NCBI GenBank assembly: GCA_965201075.1
Contig: CBDAVP010000008.1
Span: 1 to 64,000 of the forward strand
Source: Isosphaeraceae bacterium
Lineage (GTDB): Bacteria > Planctomycetota > Planctomycetia > Isosphaerales > Isosphaeraceae
Direction of reading: 5' to 3'
DNA length: 64,000 nucleotides
Part shown: positions 27,676-38,087 of the stretch, in pieces
Position numbering within the stretch: position 1 is the stretch's first letter
Layout of the letters: each line of letters opens with the position of its first letter
Notes under the pieces: generated by a model
Seen by the model: the letters and a program-made list of their open reading frames with translations, nothing else
Told to the model about the DNA's origin: nothing
The model's database searches: none
Position numbers and translations under genes: made by a program

Positions 27676-28504
27676 GACTTCGCCGAGCGAACCTCTTCGC
27701 GACGACAAAAGTGCGAATCCCTCTACTGCCGACCTTCTGTCGAGAATGTCGAGAAGAGGGTTCGTCACCGCCGGAGGGGTCGTGCTGGCTGGTTGGGCGG
27801 CCTGGCGCTGGCTGGTGAGCCGGTCCCAGGACGAGGGAATCTCCTGGCCCCTGCGTCGGGTCCTGGAAGCCGATGAGCGGGTGGCCCGCGAGACCTTTCG
27901 TCCCGGCGGTCGTGCCCCCGAATTCGTCCCGAGCCGGGCGTCCAGGCCTCGGGTCAACGGCATGATCGGCATGACCGCGGCGCCAGGTCGCTTGCGTCCC
28001 GTGGACCCCGACGCCTGGCGGGTCGAGGCTCGGGGAGGGGCCGGGGATGTTCGTTCGCTGAGCCTTGCCGAGATCCGCGCCTTGCCGAGGTTCGAGCAGG
28101 TCACTGAGTTGAAGTGCATCGAGGGGTGGAGCACCGTGGTCCGCTGGGCCGGAGTTCGGCTAAGCGACCTGGCCGCCTTCACCGGCCTCGCCTCGCGATC
28201 GCACCGACCCTATAACGCGAGCCACCCGCCGAACGACCTGTATGACTATGTGTCGCTGGCCACGCCCGACGAAATCTATTACGTCGGGTTGGACCGGGCC
28301 TCGGCCCTTCATCCTCAGACCTTACTCGCCTATGAACTGGACGGACGGCCGCTGAGCCCGGCTCATGGGGAGCCCTTGCGGCTGGTGATCCCGGTCAAGT
28401 ACGGCATCAAGCACATCAAGCAGATCGGCCGAATCAGCTTCACCGACCGACGCCCCGCCGATTACTGGGCCGAGCGCGGCTACGACTGGTACTCAGGTCA
28501 CTGA
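27644..28504 (+). CDS. Molybdopterin-dependent oxidoreductase (MsrP/YedY-like, sulfite oxidase family)
   Basis: Tat-like SRRGFV; KCIEGWS; HPQTLLAYEL; HGEPLRLVIPVKYGIKHIK. Confidence 0.85.
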   Translation: MNPPERADGTETSPSEPLRDDKSANPSTADLLSRMSRRGFVTAGGVVLAGWAAWRWLVSRSQDEGISWPLRRVLEADERVARETFRPGGRAPEFVPSRASRPRVNGMIGMTAAPGRLRPVDPDAWRVEARGGAGDVRSLSLAEIRALPRFEQVTELKCIEGWSTVVRWAGVRLSDLAAFTGLASRSHRPYNASHPPNDLYDYVSLATPDEIYYVGLDRASALHPQTLLAYELDGRPLSPAHGEPLRLVIPVKYGIKHIKQIGRISFTDRRPADYWAERGYDWYSGH

Positions 28505-28690
28505 ACACTCAGCGTCCCGCGTGCTTCGGCAAAGGGACAAGGGTTGAACTTGGCGACCATGACCAACCAGGCCAGTGGGTCGAGGTGGAGAGTCCGGTTT
28601 CTAGACTTGTGGCGGACACTCCCTTGGGAGTGAAGAGGCTCGAGGAACTCCCGCGACCGTCCGAGGGTCTTCCTCCCGGCTAGACCTGAA

Positions 28691-29415
28691 CTGTACTTAC
28701 CGGGGGAATGGCTATGTCATGCCGCAAGGTTGAGCAGCCTATCGGCGGCGGCTTGAATTTCTTCCTCAGTGACCCCGCGGCGTAGAGTCGCACGGATTTC
28801 CTCGCCCATCAGTTCACGACGCCGCGCCATCCGCTTGCCTGCGTGGATCGGGCGGCGTGAGATCGTGTCCCACGGCGAGGCCGAGCGGTTCACCAATTCC
28901 TCCGCTTTGCGGCCCCACGCTACGCCTCGGTCAGCGTGAACGTCCACGGGCAGACGGCCCCCCCGATGTTCGCCCACGTGAATCGCACTTGCTGCTAGCC
29001 GACCCCGACGACCTCCTTGCAATCCCGGAAGGTGATCTCCAGGCTGAAGCGGTCGGCGACCGTTCCCAGGATGCCGGCGACGCTCGCCGCGGTTTCGGTG
29101 CGGAAGAACGCCCACCAGCCAGTCGGCTCGTCCTCCCGCACGACCCGGATCGCCCGCCGGCCGGCCGCCAGGTCGCCAGGGAGGTCTTATACCGCTTGAC
29201 CGACCCCTCCTCGTCCAGGTCGAACGTGTCGGTGGACCAGCCGCGCCGCTGGCCAGCCCGCTTGGCCAGGTCGATTTCATCCGGGCCGTGGGTCGGGGAA
29301 GGGTCGCGTCGCATCCCCCCAGCGGCTTCGGCCCGGGCAAGCTCCGAAGGGCCTCGTCCTCACGGTGCCGGCTGACCATGGTCATCCCGAGCGACCTGGC
29401 CGGCTTGGGGAGCGG
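28691..29415 (-). mobile_element. Degenerate IS701-like transposase remnant (3' half)
   Basis: Fragments in different frames: KPARSLGMTMVSR, IDLAKRAGQRRGW, LATWRPAGG, ADRFSLEITFRDCKEVVG, RSASPWD; internal stop; possible terminal IR CTGTACTTACCG at 28691. Confidence 0.75.
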
Positions 29416-29589
29416 CGGTCCCGTGCGGCAGCGAGCCGGGAGAATCACTGGCACGGGGCAGGCGTCGGGTGGGAAGATGTCATCGGGGGCCGGCTCCATT
29501 GGGGTTGTCAGGCAGTGTGGTAACCTCCATCGTTCCGGTCGGGCCGGCCCTCGTCTACATTTGGTTGTGAAGTACGGGAGGCTCTCCGC

Positions 29590-29976
29590 GTGGGCACGGC
29601 CGAGCATGACCCTAGCCGCCGGGACGGGGTGGGCACGTGGGCTGTGGAGTCACGCGAAGCCGCCCCCGCCCGGGCCCCGGAGTTCGGGCCGAGGTATTTC
29701 CAGGTGATCTTCGACGAGTTTGCGGAGAGGGCCGGGGCCCGCTTCCCGCGATGGTCCGAACCGCCCGGGGATCGATACGCCCTCTTCGACCGACCCGAAG
29801 GGGGAGCCGGGTTCCAAGTCGATCTCGATCTGGAGTCCATCATCGTGTGGGGAGTTGACGGGCAGGTGGACTACGGCGACTGGGGCTTCGATCAGGCACC
29901 CCCTTCGGTGGATCTTCTCCAACGTCTCATCAGGAGGGACCGTGGCGGGACCGGGGCTATATTGTCGAGGGTATGA
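29590..29976 (+). CDS. Possible hypothetical protein or fragment
   Basis: Only the central part looks protein-like (FQVDLDLESIIVWG..DYGDW). Confidence 0.25.
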   Translation: MGTAEHDPSRRDGVGTWAVESREAAPARAPEFGPRYFQVIFDEFAERAGARFPRWSEPPGDRYALFDRPEGGAGFQVDLDLESIIVWGVDGQVDYGDWGFDQAPPSVDLLQRLIRRDRGGTGAILSRV

Positions 29977-30125
29977 GCCGATGAGCATTCAGCGCGGCTA
30001 TTGCAAAATCCCGGAGATTGCGGTCTCAAAATCTCCTACACTAGATTTCCCCCTACCACCCATCACCTCGCGGACCCAGCCCCCAGGCGACTCGATCTGG
30101 TCTTCGGGTCGAGGATGAGGCGACG

Positions 30126-30995
30126 ATGCAACAACCCGCGGACCGTCCCAATGGGCGACCAAAACCGTGGAGCGGTGACGATTTCCGCTCGATTGTCGAC
30201 TATCTCCGCCAGCGTCCCGGCGGCACTCCCCCGGACCACCGCCTCAGCCTGCTCCAGGCCCGGCTTCAGGTCCGCCTCATGTCCCAAGGGGTGACCAGCT
30301 TCACCGCCTTCCGGGACAAATCGTTGCGGGAAGATCCCGAAGGGCCGGGGATGCAGCTCCTCACCGACCTGACCACGATCAACCACACGAATTTTTTCCG
30401 CGAGGAGCCGCCCCTCCGGACCTTGGCGAATTGGCTGGCGGCCCGCTCTCGGTCGTCGCCCAATGCCCCCGCCCCACCAAGGGTTTGGTCGGCGGGGTGT
30501 TCCGCGGGTCAGGAACCTTATAGCCTGGCCATGCTGCTGGCCGAGGCGCTACCACCCCCGTCGCCACGGATGCCCGAGATCCATGCCTCCGACGTTTCCC
30601 TGGAAATGATTCGCACGGCGGCACGGGCGATGTACCAGGAACGGGAAGTCGTCGAGGTTCCCGTCGATCGGCTGCACCGCTGGTTCCTCCGCGGACGCGG
30701 CCCCCGTCGCGGCACGTTTCGCCTGGTGCCCGAGATCCGCGCCATGACCCGATTCCAACACTTCGACCTTCGTCAGGAAAACTGGCCGATTCCGGCGGAC
30801 TTTGACGCGATCCTCTGCCGCAACGTGGCGATCTATTTCGAGGAAGCCGAACGCGTCCAGTTAATCGACCGCCTGGCCCGTCGCTTGAAGCCCGGGGGCT
30901 TGCTGGTGGTGGGCAATTGCGAGATTCTGCCAGATCGACCCGGCTTGCTGGAGCGGCACGCCCCGTCCACGTTCCGGAGGGTCGCGCCGTCATGA
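30126..30995 (+). CDS. cheR: Chemotaxis protein-glutamate methyltransferase
   Basis: TINHTNFFRE, VWSAGCSAGQEPYSLAM, ILCRNVAIYF. Confidence 0.9.
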   Translation: MQQPADRPNGRPKPWSGDDFRSIVDYLRQRPGGTPPDHRLSLLQARLQVRLMSQGVTSFTAFRDKSLREDPEGPGMQLLTDLTTINHTNFFREEPPLRTLANWLAARSRSSPNAPAPPRVWSAGCSAGQEPYSLAMLLAEALPPPSPRMPEIHASDVSLEMIRTAARAMYQEREVVEVPVDRLHRWFLRGRGPRRGTFRLVPEIRAMTRFQHFDLRQENWPIPADFDAILCRNVAIYFEEAERVQLIDRLARRLKPGGLLVVGNCEILPDRPGLLERHAPSTFRRVAPS

Positions 30996-32053
30996 ACCCC
31001 CAAGAAATCCTGGTCGTCGACGATAGCGCCGTCGTCCGCCAGTCGGTCAAGGCGATCCTTGAGGAAGAGCGCCCCCCCTATCGCGTCCTGCTGGCCCGCG
31101 ACCCCTACGAGGCGGTCGAGGTGCTCGCCAGGTCGATTCCCGCGGCGATCGTCTTGGACGTCGAGATGCCGCGGATGGACGGCCTGACGTTTCTCAAGAA
31201 GTTGATGAGGCAGCACCCACTGCCGGTTTTGATCTGCACCGACCACGTCGACCGGGGCTTGACTGGCCTCCAGATGGGGGCTCGGGGCGTGGTCGGCAAA
31301 CCCGACTGGAACGACACCTCGGCCCTGGCAACCTGGGGAACTCGGCTTCGCGACAACCTGAGGACCATCGTCGCCTCGTCATCGAAGATCGAGTCGAAGG
31401 CCCTGGGCTCGGGTCGCAGTTCCGCCGACCTGATCCTGCCCCACCGTCCCGCCACGCCGAGAACTCCCGGCTCCGAGCGCCTGGTCGTCGTCGGAGCAAG
31501 TACCGGAGGCGTCCAGGCGATCAGTAAATTATTGGCCGACCTGCCGGGTGATGCCCCGGGGGTGGTGATCGTCCAGCACATGCCCCCGACCTTCACGGCG
31601 AGGTTCGCCGAGCGCCTGGACGCTGATTCCGGGATCGCCCTGCACGTCCGAGAGGCTCAGAATCACGAACTGGTCCGCGCCGGTACGGCGTTGGTCATCC
31701 CCGGCGACCTCCACGGCCTGGTCCGCCGCAACGGCGCGGGGTATCGGATTGAACTGGTGGATGGCCCCAAGGTCGCCGGCCACCGACCCAGTGTCGACGT
31801 CCTGTTTCGCTCCGCCGCGCAGGCCGCGAGCACACATGCCGCCGGCGTTCTTCTCACGGGCATGCTCGCCGACGGCGCCGTGGGTTTGCTGGAGATGCGA
31901 GAGGCCGGCGCGTTCACCATCGCCCAGGATCAGGCGACCTGCCTGGTCTTTGGCATGCCTCGCGAGGCGATCCGCCTGGGAGCGGCCGGCCAGGTTTTGC
32001 CTCTACCCAAAATCGCCGACGCGGTGATGTCCTGGGTGGCCCAGACGCCCTGA
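30992..32053 (+). CDS. cheB: Chemotaxis response regulator methylesterase
   Basis: REC domain (VVDDS, LDVEMP) plus GASTGG, VQHMP, HRPSVDVLF, LTGM.DG. Confidence 0.92.
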   Translation: MNPQEILVVDDSAVVRQSVKAILEEERPPYRVLLARDPYEAVEVLARSIPAAIVLDVEMPRMDGLTFLKKLMRQHPLPVLICTDHVDRGLTGLQMGARGVVGKPDWNDTSALATWGTRLRDNLRTIVASSSKIESKALGSGRSSADLILPHRPATPRTPGSERLVVVGASTGGVQAISKLLADLPGDAPGVVIVQHMPPTFTARFAERLDADSGIALHVREAQNHELVRAGTALVIPGDLHGLVRRNGAGYRIELVDGPKVAGHRPSVDVLFRSAAQAASTHAAGVLLTGMLADGAVGLLEMREAGAFTIAQDQATCLVFGMPREAIRLGAAGQVLPLPKIADAVMSWVAQTP

Positions 32054-32062
32054 GAATTCCGA

Positions 32063-32275
32063 CTATCCCGGTGACCCAACACCTGCACGGTGAGACGTCG
32101 GCGGAGGTGCTTCCCTACCCGAGTGGTCATCGGGAGCATATTTCTTGCGACGCTCGGTCACCGGGTCGCTGGCGGGGGCGTCGCGATCGGTGCCCCGATG
32201 CCAGGACAACCACCCCAGGCCGAGTACTGCGAGCAAAACCAGAACGATCACGGCGAGCAGTACGGATCGCTTCAA
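32063..32275 (-). CDS. Possible small membrane protein
   Basis: One strong TM helix after a basic N-terminus; TTG start. Confidence 0.35.
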   Translation of the reverse strand: MKRSVLLAVIVLVLLAVLGLGWLSWHRGTDRDAPASDPVTERRKKYAPDDHSGREAPPPTSHRAGVGSPG

Positions 32276-32370
32276 GATGGGCGCTCCCCGAGAGGGGGTG
32301 GCCGCGAGGGCGAAGTGTCTTAAGAAACTACCCGCGAGAAGACTCGATGGCGAGAGGAAACCCCACGGAA

Positions 32371-33126
32371 TCAGGGTGACTTCGGCTCGCCCTTGCCCAG
32401 ATCCCGAGCGACCTTACCTGCCGAGGTCAGGGCCACCTGGAATGTGTCGCCCCGAGGCCCCGGGGGCAGCCACACCTTCAACCACGGAGATCCTTTGGAC
32501 ACCACTTCCAGACACCGCCCTCTGGAGGAAGCCAGTGGTTGAAGGTCCCTCACCTCGGTGATGGCCGCCAGCTCGATCGCCTCAACCCCCCCGTCGGCTC
32601 GCACGACCAGGCGTCGGGTCGTCAGCAGCGCTAAGTCAGCAGGATTGGTTTCGGGACCGCGACTGAGGGCGATCACCTCATCCCCCGCCTCGTTCATCTT
32701 GTGGGAGTCGATCACCGCGAAGTCGGAGGCGTCCATCGCGTCGGCGAGCTTGACCTCCAGCGACCTTCCCACCGCGACCGCTGGGGCGGGCAGAGCGTTG
32801 ATTACATGATTGATCCGCAAGAAATAGAAGGCCACCAGACTCCCGACCGCGGCGACCACGACCAGTTGAATGTAACCCAAAATCATCCCGGCCTGGGCCA
32901 AGGATCGGCCACCCAGCCGTCCGCGCTCCTCGCGGATCTGAGAGACAGCGGCATGACCGGTCACCACGGCGATCAGGGCCCCCAGCACCGGCAGTACCGG
33001 CCAGGCGAGGATGCCGAAGACCAGGCTCACGACGGCCAGGGCGCTATTGGGCCGTTCCATCGAGGAGAGGCCGACGTCCGACTTCTCCAGCGGGGGATGA
33101 AAATCATGGTCGTGTAGCCGCTGCAT
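32371..33126 (-). CDS. DUF4190-like membrane protein with C-terminal domain
   Basis: ALAVVSLVFGIL...GH.A..QI...GGRSLAQAGMILGYI. Confidence 0.7.
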   Translation of the reverse strand: MQRLHDHDFHPPLEKSDVGLSSMERPNSALAVVSLVFGILAWPVLPVLGALIAVVTGHAAVSQIREERGRLGGRSLAQAGMILGYIQLVVVAAVGSLVAFYFLRINHVINALPAPAVAVGRSLEVKLADAMDASDFAVIDSHKMNEAGDEVIALSRGPETNPADLALLTTRRLVVRADGGVEAIELAAITEVRDLQPLASSRGRCLEVVSKGSPWLKVWLPPGPRGDTFQVALTSAGKVARDLGKGEPKSP

Positions 33127-33418
33127 GATCGGTCCCCAGGAATGGATTCGCGCCCTCAACCCGGGCCAGGTCTCTCCTCGGGATTCGCCACCCGACCGCG
33201 AATCTTACCCGCTTTGCCCCAACGATGGGATTTGACCCCGCTCGGGTCTTTCCCCTTTCGGAGTTCCTGGCCGATTCCGTCGGATCGGGTCGGGAATTCT
33301 CCAGAATCTGGACCTCGCTCCTGGAGGGATGGGGGCTTGTGCGGTTGCCGGGCCCCCCCTACATTACCACCTGGTTTTCTTGTCCCAACTTCGTCCCTCG
33401 ACGCGAGCGAGTCCAGCG

Positions 33419-34732
33419 ATGGCCGATTTCTTCCCCGACGTCCCCAAGATCGTTTACGGCGGCCCGAAGTCGCGCAACCCGCTGGAGTTCAAGCATTACA
33501 ACGCGGAGGAAATGGTTGGGGGCAAGACGATGAAGGACCACTTCCGGTTCTCGGTCGTCTACTGGCACACCTTCGCCAACCCCCTGTCCGACCCCTTTGG
33601 CCCCGGCACGGCCGTCCGCCCCTGGGACAGTGACGTCGGCTCGCTGGAGAACGCCCGGACCCGCGTCCGCGTCGCCTTTGAGTTCTTCGAGAAGCTGGGC
33701 GTCCCCTACTACTGCTTCCACGATCGCGACGCCTCGCCCGAGGGCAAGACCCTCAAGGAAAGCCACGCCAACCTCGACGTCATCGCCAAGGATCTGAAGG
33801 AGCAGCAGGACCGCACCGGCATCAAACTCCTCTGGGGCACTGCCAACCTATTCAGCAACCGCCGGTACGTCCACGGCGCCGCCACCAGCCCCAACTTCGA
33901 CGCCTTCGCCTTCGCCGGGGCCCAGGTCAAGAAGGCCCTGGAAACCACCCTTATGCTGGGCGGCGGCGGCTACACGTTCTGGGGGGGTCGGGAAGGGTAC
34001 ATGACCCTACTGAACACCGACGTCAAGCGAGAACTCGACCACCTCGGCCGCTTCCTCCACATGGCCGTCGACTACGCCAAGTCGATCGGCTTCCACGGCC
34101 AGTTCTACATCGAGCCCAAGCCCAAGGAACCGACCAAGCACCAGTACGACTCCGACGTCGCCGCCTGCCTCAACTTCCTGCGCACCTACGGGTTGCTCGA
34201 CCACTTCAAGCTCAACCTCGAAACCAACCACGCCACCCTCGCCGGCCACGACATGTTCCACGAGCTGGAAGTGGCCCGGACCTCCGGAGCGCTCGGCTCG
34301 ATCGACGCCAACACCGGAGATCCGATGCTCGGCTGGGATACCGACCAGTTCCCCACCGACATCTACCTGACCACCTACTGCATGCTGAGCCTCTTGAGAA
34401 TGGGCGGCCTGACCACCGGAGGCGTCAACTTCGACGCCAAGGTCCGCCGAGAGAGTTTCGAGCCAGTTGACCTCTTCCACGCGCACATCGGCGGGATGGA
34501 CGCTTTCGCCCGCGGCCTGAAAATCGCCCAGGCGATCGTCGACGACGGCCGCCTCGACACCTTCCTCAAGGACCGCTACCAAAGCTGGAACGGCGACCTC
34601 GCCAAGAAGGTCGAGGCCGGCAAGGCGACCTTCGCCGACCTGGAGTCGTACATCCTGCCCAAGGGGGACGTTACTCCCAACGTCAGCGGTCGTCAGGAGT
34701 TCTTGGAAAACCTGATCAACGAGTTCGTCTGA
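33419..34732 (+). CDS. xylA: Xylose isomerase
   Basis: [50 protein letters not shown]. Confidence 0.97.
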   Translation: MADFFPDVPKIVYGGPKSRNPLEFKHYNAEEMVGGKTMKDHFRFSVVYWHTFANPLSDPFGPGTAVRPWDSDVGSLENARTRVRVAFEFFEKLGVPYYCFHDRDASPEGKTLKESHANLDVIAKDLKEQQDRTGIKLLWGTANLFSNRRYVHGAATSPNFDAFAFAGAQVKKALETTLMLGGGGYTFWGGREGYMTLLNTDVKRELDHLGRFLHMAVDYAKSIGFHGQFYIEPKPKEPTKHQYDSDVAACLNFLRTYGLLDHFKLNLETNHATLAGHDMFHELEVARTSGALGSIDANTGDPMLGWDTDQFPTDIYLTTYCMLSLLRMGGLTTGGVNFDAKVRRESFEPVDLFHAHIGGMDAFARGLKIAQAIVDDGRLDTFLKDRYQSWNGDLAKKVEAGKATFADLESYILPKGDVTPNVSGRQEFLENLINEFV

Positions 34733-34753
34733 GACAGAAGACCGTCACGAGTC

Positions 34754-34787
34754 GCGGGTGGGTCGGATCTCGACCCACCCCGCTTTC
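34754..34787. terminator. Hairpin between convergent genes
   Basis: GGGTGGGTCG-GATCT-CGACCCACCC followed by a short T run. Confidence 0.6.
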
Positions 34788-34804
34788 TCCTCGAACCGTC
34801 GAAT

Positions 34805-35599
34805 TCAGGGCTGAGCGTCCGAGGACTTCCCGACTTCGCCTTGGAGCAAGAGGAACCGCGAGAGCATCGCGTTAATCTGGTCGGGCACTTCGAGAGGGGA
34901 GAAATGCCCGGAGCCCAGCGTCTGGCCAACCAGGATTTGGGGGCAGGCCGACCGGAGCCGACCCAGGTCGACCATCATTCTCGACGCGCCGAGGTAGGCG
35001 ATCGGGACCCGGCACCCCGAGAGGGCCTTCGTGGCATCGTAGTGGGTGATGTGGCTCGCGAAGGCCTAGGCCAGGACATGCTGTTCGGTCCTGGTCATGG
35101 TGGAAAGGATCTGAGCTTTCCTCGACGGATCGTCGGTCGGCAGGAAGAGTCCCGAAAGGGCATTCCGCAGGGGCTCCAGGTAGCCTTCGCCCTGCAAGGC
35201 CACCGCGAACGGCCTCAAGGAGTCGAGGAACCCGTCGGGCGGTAGCAGGACACTGTCAATCATCACAATCGCCGCCGCGAGGTCCGGCCTCCCCGCGGCC
35301 AGTTCCAGGGCGATGGCGCCCCCCATGCTATGCCCGACCACGACCGGACGCTCCAGCCCGAGTTCGCTGCACAACCACGCGAGGTCGGCCACGAAACCGT
35401 CGATCGAGTAATTCTGGAGGGGCGCGTCACTTGTCCCGTGGCCGCGAAGGTCGGGCGAGACGACGCGATGATCGCGGGCGAAGGACTCGACCTGCGGGGC
35501 GAAGAACGCGTGGTCGGTACACCAACCATGCACGAACAGAAGCGGAGGGGTGCCCGTTCCGACATCCTCGTAAGCCAAGGCCACGCCGTCGCGGCTCAT
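34805..35599 (-). pseudogene. Alpha/beta hydrolase interrupted by an in-frame TAG (35066-35068)
   Basis: FVHGW, DLRGHG and GHSMGG before the stop; the same frame continues to GSGHFSPLEVPDQIN and TGA at 34805. Confidence 0.8.
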
Positions 35600-35604
35600 G
35601 GTCC

Positions 35605-36471
35605 TTATGGAGAAACCCTCCGAGGTCGCCCGCTGTCCCGGACGGGCGAGTCGTGGGAAATGCCCGCCGCGTCCAATTCGCGACGCAAGGCGCGGACCGC
35701 GTCGCCAAACCGCTCGGGGCCGGTGAACCCTCGGGAAGCGCCGGCGACCAGCAGATGGGGCTCCAGGGTGGCGAACCCGGAATAGCCCGAGGCCACCGCG
35801 TCGGCGAGCAGTCGAGGAATCTGCCCTGCCCCCTGCCCCGCGACCTCGAATGTCCTGGTGACTGGATCGTAATCCTTGACGTGGAAATGAACGGTTCGGG
35901 CCTTCAATTTTGACCACGCCGCCTCAATCTCCTGCCCCACCTCAAGGTAGTTCGCCGGGTCGAAGGCGTGGCCCAATGCTGGGGAGTCAACGGTCTCCAG
36001 GACGTCGGAAACCCGCCCCGCGGTGTCTCCATAGATCCCTTTTTCATTTTCCAAGACCAAGGTCAGCCCTCGTCCACGGGCGAGTTCCGCCAGGGTCGAC
36101 ATCCGCCGGAGGACTTCGTCGCGGTGATCGGCCGGGTCGTCGCCGGGAGGGAGGAAGAAGCTGAAGACTCGGATTAACGAGGCGTCGTAAAACTCAGCCA
36201 GGTCCATCGCCCGCTCGGCCCGGCCCACCTGCTCCGTGTACGGCTCACCAATCGGCGACTTACCAATCGGCGAACCAATGGCGCTGAGGGCGAAGCCCCG
36301 GTCGCGGAGCCTCCGGCGAAAGTCCCGGTGCTGGGCGTCGGACAGGTCCAGGACGTTGATGCCGAAGATTGAGCGGAACTCGACGTGCCGGACGCCCAGC
36401 GTTTCCAGGGTCTCGAGCTGGACCTCCGGGTCGTCGTCAATCTCGTCGGCGAAAGCGCTGAGGTGGATCAT
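35605..36471 (-). CDS. Sugar phosphate isomerase/epimerase (TIM barrel)
   Basis: LSAFADEI, IGSPIGK, IRVFSF, LENEKGIYGD, FDPANY, HVKD, LEPHL. Confidence 0.85.
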   Translation of the reverse strand: MIHLSAFADEIDDDPEVQLETLETLGVRHVEFRSIFGINVLDLSDAQHRDFRRRLRDRGFALSAIGSPIGKSPIGEPYTEQVGRAERAMDLAEFYDASLIRVFSFFLPPGDDPADHRDEVLRRMSTLAELARGRGLTLVLENEKGIYGDTAGRVSDVLETVDSPALGHAFDPANYLEVGQEIEAAWSKLKARTVHFHVKDYDPVTRTFEVAGQGAGQIPRLLADAVASGYSGFATLEPHLLVAGASRGFTGPERFGDAVRALRRELDAAGISHDSPVRDSGRPRRVSP

Positions 36472-36609
36472 AGGCCGTCGGCCTCCGGGGTGTCCGCCCC
36501 AGCATAGCCGACCCTCGGCCGCGAAACCGCGCCTCGCCGATGGCCCGTCGCGCCCGACGCGGGTAGGATGGACCGCTCGACCCGAATCGAACCGACTTGG
36601 TGCCGTGCC

Positions 36610-37101
36610 ATGAACTACGTTCAGCCGTCCTTCAACTTAATGCTCTGGAATGTCGTCCTGCCCCTGTTCATCTACTGGCTGTTGTTCTTCGTGGTCCAGT
36701 TCATCATGGTCGAATATGCCCAGACGTACCTCTACGAAGAGACCACTCCTTACTTCGGGCTCAAGGTCCTGATCGGCAGCGGTCTCCTGGCGGCGATGGC
36801 CACCTACTTCCGGCCCAACTTCGCCACGATGTTGACCAATGACATCCACTGGACGGCTCTCCAGGCACTCGCCTGGGTCGGCATCTTCACGCTGCTCTAC
36901 CAGTTTCACCCCTGGCACGCCCTGGCATTGGGACTGGCGGGCCTGGTGTCCGTCCCGGCGCTGGCGACGATGACCATTGACAGCCTCTCGCGGTCCGAAC
37001 GTGTTGTCTCGCGTCCCACCCCGCAGCCGGTGGCGCCCCACCGGGGCTCGCTGAACCCAACTCCCGCGACACCTCGCCCCCAGCCCACTCCGGGTCGCTG
37101 A
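36610..37101 (+). CDS. Hypothetical membrane protein
   Basis: About four TM segments and a Pro-rich tail. Confidence 0.65.
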   Translation: MNYVQPSFNLMLWNVVLPLFIYWLLFFVVQFIMVEYAQTYLYEETTPYFGLKVLIGSGLLAAMATYFRPNFATMLTNDIHWTALQALAWVGIFTLLYQFHPWHALALGLAGLVSVPALATMTIDSLSRSERVVSRPTPQPVAPHRGSLNPTPATPRPQPTPGR

Positions 37102-37114
37102 GCCGCCCGAAACC

Positions 37115-37909
37115 TTAGCGGCCTTTAATGATCCGCCAGGGGTCCGCCACGAGTTCGGCCACCAGGTCGAAGTGGTCAAGGCTCGCCGACCGCTGAATGT
37201 CGGCCTCATACCCCAGTTCCCGGACGCGCCGACCCCCTCGCCCCATCTCCAGCGCCTTGGCCAGTCCCTCCTGGTAAGTCCCCGGTTCCTCGTAGTCTTG
37301 ACCGATCGCCTCCCAGAGCGAGTGAGCCAGCCACGCCTCGTCCTCCAGCGGAGGAGGAGCCCCCACATAAGCATCGGGCCTTGCCCTGATCCAGGCGGCG
37401 ACGACCGCGCCGGCGAACGCCGTATCTTCCAGGCTGATCCGCCCGTTGGTCCCCGAGCAGACCACATGCACCGGCCGAGAATCCTCGCGAATCTCAGCCA
37501 GGATCGCCCCGAGGTTGACGAAGGCCCCGATCAGGACTCGCTCGGCCTCTCGACTGGCCAAGATCGCCCGGGTGCCGTTGGTGGTGGTCATCACCATCGT
37601 CTTGCCCAAGCAACGCTCGGGCGTGCAGTCGCCGGGGGAGTTGCCCATCGCGAACCCCTCGATCGGCACCCCCTGCCGCTCCCCGGCCAGAAAGTAGGAA
37701 CCAGGAGGAAGTCCCGCGGCCACGGACCTCGCCTCGTCCACCTCCTCGCATGGAATGATCCGTGCGCAGCCGGCGGCCAGGGCGTGGACCATGCAGGTGG
37801 TGGCCCTGAGCACGTCGGTGACGATGGCCACGCCCCCCTTCAGGGCCCCTGGGGGAATCAGGCTCGGAAGCAGGTGGACCTGGACGGGCGGGCGGTCGGC
37901 GGATGGCAA
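37115..37909 (-). CDS. comB: 2-phosphosulfolactate phosphatase family protein
   Basis: DVLRATT, GERQG, GNSP, MTTTNGTRA, SLED. Confidence 0.85.
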   Translation of the reverse strand: MPSADRPPVQVHLLPSLIPPGALKGGVAIVTDVLRATTCMVHALAAGCARIIPCEEVDEARSVAAGLPPGSYFLAGERQGVPIEGFAMGNSPGDCTPERCLGKTMVMTTTNGTRAILASREAERVLIGAFVNLGAILAEIREDSRPVHVVCSGTNGRISLEDTAFAGAVVAAWIRARPDAYVGAPPPLEDEAWLAHSLWEAIGQDYEEPGTYQEGLAKALEMGRGGRRVRELGYEADIQRSASLDHFDLVAELVADPWRIIKGR

Positions 37910-38087
37910 GGTGGGGCCTCCCTCGGGCGGGTCGTCGCTCGGGGCGATTATGGCGGACCGACCTCAGCGGGGGAACCGTCTGCCCTTCGGCTTCCCGGGT
38001 TGGAGGATTTGGGTTAGTCTGCCACCCCCTGGACCGACGGCACGCCGGCCCGGGTAGGAACGCTTCCCAACGGGGCGAGGTGCAAGG

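Noticed and set aside
26591..33263. Identical 16-mer CTTTCCCCTTTCGGAG at 26591 and 33248
   Set aside because: Low-complexity pyrimidine tract, only two copies, and no shared context; not interpretable.
35066..35068. Pyrrolysine or amber recoding
   Set aside because: No pyl genes are seen, and TAG ends other intact genes in the window.
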